Assembly: GCA_963205195.1 (NCBI GenBank)
Contig: CAUJHR010000020.1
Span: 29,589-93,588 of the forward strand
Length of the DNA stretch: 64,000 nt
Direction of reading: 5' to 3'
From: Pseudomonadota bacterium
Lineage (GTDB): Bacteria; Pseudomonadota; Alphaproteobacteria; Rickettsiales; SXRF01
The position numbers were made by a program, and so were the translations under genes. Positions 61,917 to 64,000 of the stretch are shown in pieces. The notes below the pieces were generated by a model. It was not told the DNA's origin, ran no database searches, and saw nothing but the letters and a program-made list of their open reading frames with translations. Each line of letters begins with the position of its first letter. The first letter of the stretch is position 1.

Positions 61917-64000
61917 TTAGTTAGCCTGTCCTGCTACGTCCCCAGAAATATCAGCGATATTCTCTTCAATACATTCATCTACGCTCTCACCTTCCGGCAC
62001 AGTTACAACTGATACAACTTTTTCATTTTCACCGGTCCGAAGTATTGTTACGCCCTGAGTGTTACGACCAGCAATACGAATTCCATCAAGAGGACAGCGA
62101 ATTACTGTTGCACGGTCCGTCATTAGCATTATCTGTCCGGTCTGGCCTACGGGCTGGCTGGCTACCACTTTGCCATTACGCGAAGAAGTTATGATATTCA
62201 CCATACCAGAGCCGCCACGCCCAATGGTACGGTATTCATAGGCTGATGTACGTTTTCCATAACCATTTTCGGTTACGGTCAAAATATATTGTTCAGCAGC
62301 TTCCAACTCGGCAAAGCGCTCATCTGATAATTTGATTTCCGCAACCGCCTCTTCATCGTTCTGCACTACTGCCTCAGCCTCGGTATCACCAGCTGCACGT
62401 CTTTTAGCCGCCGCCATTTTCAGGTAAGCATAGCGCTCTTCAATTGTAGTTTTGATGCCGCCAAGGATGCTCATGGAAACAACCTCATCGCCGCCTGATA
62501 GTTTCATGCCGCGCACACCATCGGAGGTACGGCTTTTAAATACGCGCACATCGGAAACCGAGAAGCGGATACATTTGCCAGATTTTGAAGCAAGCAGCAC
62601 ATTATCATTTTCATTGCATACCTTTACACCAACTAGCTTGTCGCCTTCATCCATGCGGATAGCGATCTTGCCGTTGCTTCGGATATCATGGAAATCGGAA
62701 AGGTCATTCCTGCGTGCATTACCCTTCGCAGTTGCAAAGAATATATTCATATCATCCCATTTTGACTCATCTTCAGGAAGCGGCATGAATGTGGTTATTG
62801 TTTCGCCATCAGCCAGCGGGAAAATATTTACCAGTGCTTTGCCGCGGGTATTGGCCGCCCCAACCGGCAGCCGGTAAACCTTGAGTTTATATACCTTGCC
62901 GTGGCTGGAGAAGAATAAAACCGGGGTATGGGTATTTACTACCAGAAGCTCCGTTGTTATATCCTCATCTCGCACGTTCATAGCCGATTTGCCTTTGCCG
63001 CCACGACGCTGGGCACGATATGCGGAAAGTGCGGTGCGTTTTATATAACCGCCGGAGGTTACTGTGACCACCATATCCTCTTTCTGGATCAGGTCTTCAA
63101 TATCGGCTTCAAATTCGGAAAATTCTATCTGGGTACGGCGCGGCACTGCGAACTGCTCCTTGGCGGTTAGCAATTCTGAGCGGAGTATTCCATAGAGTTT
63201 TTCGCGGCTTCCTAAGATAGAAAGATATTCGGAAATCTCAGCGGCAAGCTCCTTCATTTCCTCGTCAATCTTTTCGCGCTCCATTCCGGTAAGGCGTTGC
63301 AGGCGGAGTTCTAAGATCGCACGCGCCTGCGCTTCGGTGAATTTAATACGCCCGCCATTTATTTTATTGCCAGAATCATCAACAAGTTTCAGCAACGGCA
63401 ATATGTCGCCTGCTTCCCAGTCGCGGCGCATAAGTTCTTCGCGCGCGACATTTGGATCAGCCGAGGCTTTAATAACAGCTATGACTTCATCGATATTGGC
63501 TACCGCGATGGCTAAACCTATCAACAAATGCGCCCTGTCACGAGCTTTGCCCAGAAGGAAGTTAGTGCGACGAGTGATGACTTCTTCGCGGAACGCGACA
63601 AAAGAAGTTATTATCTGCTTTAAATTCATAACCGCAGGACGCCCATTATCAAGCGCCAGCATGTTAACACCAAAGCTGGTTTGCAATGGCGTATATGTGA
63701 AAAGCTGGGAAAGAACTACATCAGCAACAGCATCTTTTTTTACTTCTACAACTACGCGCACACCAGACTTATCCGATTCATCGCGCAGGTCAGAAATACC
63801 TTCAATTTTCTTTTCATTTACCAACTCAGCAATACGCTTAATCATATTCGCCTTGTTCACCTGATATGGCACTTCGGTTATTATAATGGCGTAACGACCA
63901 GGTTTTATTTCTTCTATTTCAGTTTTTCCGCGCATGATAACCGATCCACGCCCGGTGGAAAGCCCGTTACGTGCTCCTGTACGCCCGAGGATAATACCAC
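61917..64000 (-). CDS. gyrA: DNA gyrase subunit A (C-terminal about 694 codons; the 5' end lies beyond the window)
   Basis: The frame stays open to position 64000 (…GIILGRTGARNGLSTGRGSVIMRGKTEIEE…). The GyrA-box 'QRRGGKGKS' distinguishes it from ParC. It has a beta-pinwheel CTD and an acidic tail. Confidence 0.93.
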   Translation of the reverse strand, partial: GIILGRTGARNGLSTGRGSVIMRGKTEIEEIKPGRYAIIITEVPYQVNKANMIKRIAELVNEKKIEGISDLRDESDKSGVRVVVEVKKDAVADVVLSQLFTYTPLQTSFGVNMLALDNGRPAVMNLKQIITSFVAFREEVITRRTNFLLGKARDRAHLLIGLAIAVANIDEVIAVIKASADPNVAREELMRRDWEAGDILPLLKLVDDSGNKINGGRIKFTEAQARAILELRLQRLTGMEREKIDEEMKELAAEISEYLSILGSREKLYGILRSELLTAKEQFAVPRRTQIEFSEFEADIEDLIQKEDMVVTVTSGGYIKRTALSAYRAQRRGGKGKSAMNVRDEDITTELLVVNTHTPVLFFSSHGKVYKLKVYRLPVGAANTRGKALVNIFPLADGETITTFMPLPEDESKWDDMNIFFATAKGNARRNDLSDFHDIRSNGKIAIRMDEGDKLVGVKVCNENDNVLLASKSGKCIRFSVSDVRVFKSRTSDGVRGMKLSGGDEVVSMSILGGIKTTIEERYAYLKMAAAKRRAAGDTEAEAVVQNDEEAVAEIKLSDERFAELEAAEQYILTVTENGYGKRTSAYEYRTIGRGGSGMVNIITSSRNGKVVASQPVGQTGQIMLMTDRATVIRCPLDGIRIAGRNTQGVTILRTGENEKVVSVVTVPEGESVDECIEENIADISGDVAGQAN

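Overview
This 64 kb window looks like core chromosome from a moderately AT-rich alphaproteobacterium. The lineage call rests on markers such as the DUF1476 zeta inhibitor, SdhE, a zf-CHCC protein, UbiE-UbiB, HflKC, bactofilin and type A RNase P RNA. I support about 55 protein genes. Most are housekeeping: recG-rimO, mfd, recA, alaS, thiC, glnE-bcp-purL, purCSQ, uvrC, ppx-rlmE, ubiE-ubiB, hflKC, dps and a partial gyrA. There are also tRNA-Cys(GCA) and rnpB. I saw no transposase, integrase, CRISPR array or prophage genes. The parts not explained by ordinary annotation are:

1. Short structured repeats sit in-frame inside essential genes. These are heptanucleotide tandem arrays in purL and thiC, and a 27/28-nt copy of an intergenic palindromic element inside mfd.
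2. A lower-GC two-gene islet at about 16.4-18.3 kb carries an HTH protein and an unknown protein, next to a kdpD with no kdpE or kdpFABC in the window.
3. Two apparent pseudoenzymes are present: a TesA-like SGNH protein with Ser, Asn and His all replaced, and a GGDEF protein with a degenerate A-site but a retained RxxD site.
4. A partial tadE-tadF-tadG-tadD block lies with a lytic transglycosylase, and a separate lone prepilin-like gene lies elsewhere.

I cannot show that any of these is a new 'system'. The islet and the in-frame repeats are the best candidates. All calls come from reading the sequence and the ORF translations; no searches were run.
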